A DNA stretch of 64,000 bases from Octopus vulgaris (Eukaryota), in assembly GCA_951406725.2 (NCBI GenBank), contig OX597816.1, positions 167,338,001 to 167,402,000 on the forward strand, given 5' to 3'. The notes under the pieces were generated by a model, which was not told where the DNA came from, ran no database searches, and saw only the letters and a program-made list of their open reading frames with translations. The position numbers and the translations under genes are program-made. Of the stretch, positions 63,599 through 64,000 are shown piece after piece (position 1 is the stretch's first letter; each line of letters opens with the position of its first letter).

Positions 63599-64000
63599 TT
63601 AAAAATGGTTTCTGATTATAAATATCTTGGGTCATACATATCATCATCTGGAAAAGACTTTCTAACTAGAAAGGGTATGGCCTGGTCAGCCTGTAATGAC
63701 ATGCATAAGATCTGGTCATCAAATCTAAGTAGAGACTTCAAACTTGAAATATTCAAAGCCACAGTCGAACCAATTCTACTATATGGTTCAGAAACCTGGA
63801 CGTTATCAAAGAAGCTTGAGAGGCGGTTGGATGGAACCTACACTCGCCTCCTTATGAGAGCTCAAAATCTCTCGTGGAGGCGCCATTCAACTAAAATGCA
63901 AATATATGGGAAATTACCACCTGTGTCATCTCTTGTGAAAGGTAGGAGAGTCCAGTTTGCTGGACATTGTTGTAGAGCTGAAAAAGAAGTAATTTCTACT
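63599..64000 (+). mobile_element. RTE/RTEX-type LINE, 5'-truncated, RT C-terminal region, open frame runs off the window
   Basis: LKMVSDYKYLGSYISSSGKDFLTRKGMAWSACNDMHKIWSSNLSRDFKLEIFKATVEPILLYGSETWTLSKKLERRLDGTYTRLLMRAQNLSWRRH...RRVQFAGHCCR; no stop codon. Confidence 0.93.

Overview
Eukaryotic, AT-rich, repeat-dominated DNA, very probably from an Octopus (coleoid cephalopod) genome and intronic or intergenic. The taxon is inferred from my recollection of these SINE families, not from a database search. No host protein-coding gene, rRNA, intact tRNA or CRISPR array is supportable. Most ORFs in the track are artefacts of SINEs or microsatellites. The window contains dozens of copies of about six tRNA-derived SINE/retroposon families (working labels A-F; only representative copies are listed, with approximate ends), three families of TTAA-flanked piggyBac-type MITEs and several hAT MITEs with 8-bp TSDs. 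LINE 3' fragments come from three clades: CR1-type x2, RTE-type x2 (one with an open frame running off the right edge) and R4/Dong. Long compound (GA)n and (CA)n satellites are also present. The most interesting item is a ~510-bp TSD-flanked element at 34128-34640. It consists of two divergent inverted arms, each with a tRNA-like Pol III head followed by a minimal hammerhead-ribozyme motif, suggesting a Penelope-dependent, SINE-like 'retrozyme'. Further decayed hammerhead motifs lie at ~12.97 kb and ~4.76 kb. Other notable features are a ~150-bp foldback hairpin (20539-20688) and four short, locally templated duplications 0.5-3.7 kb apart.
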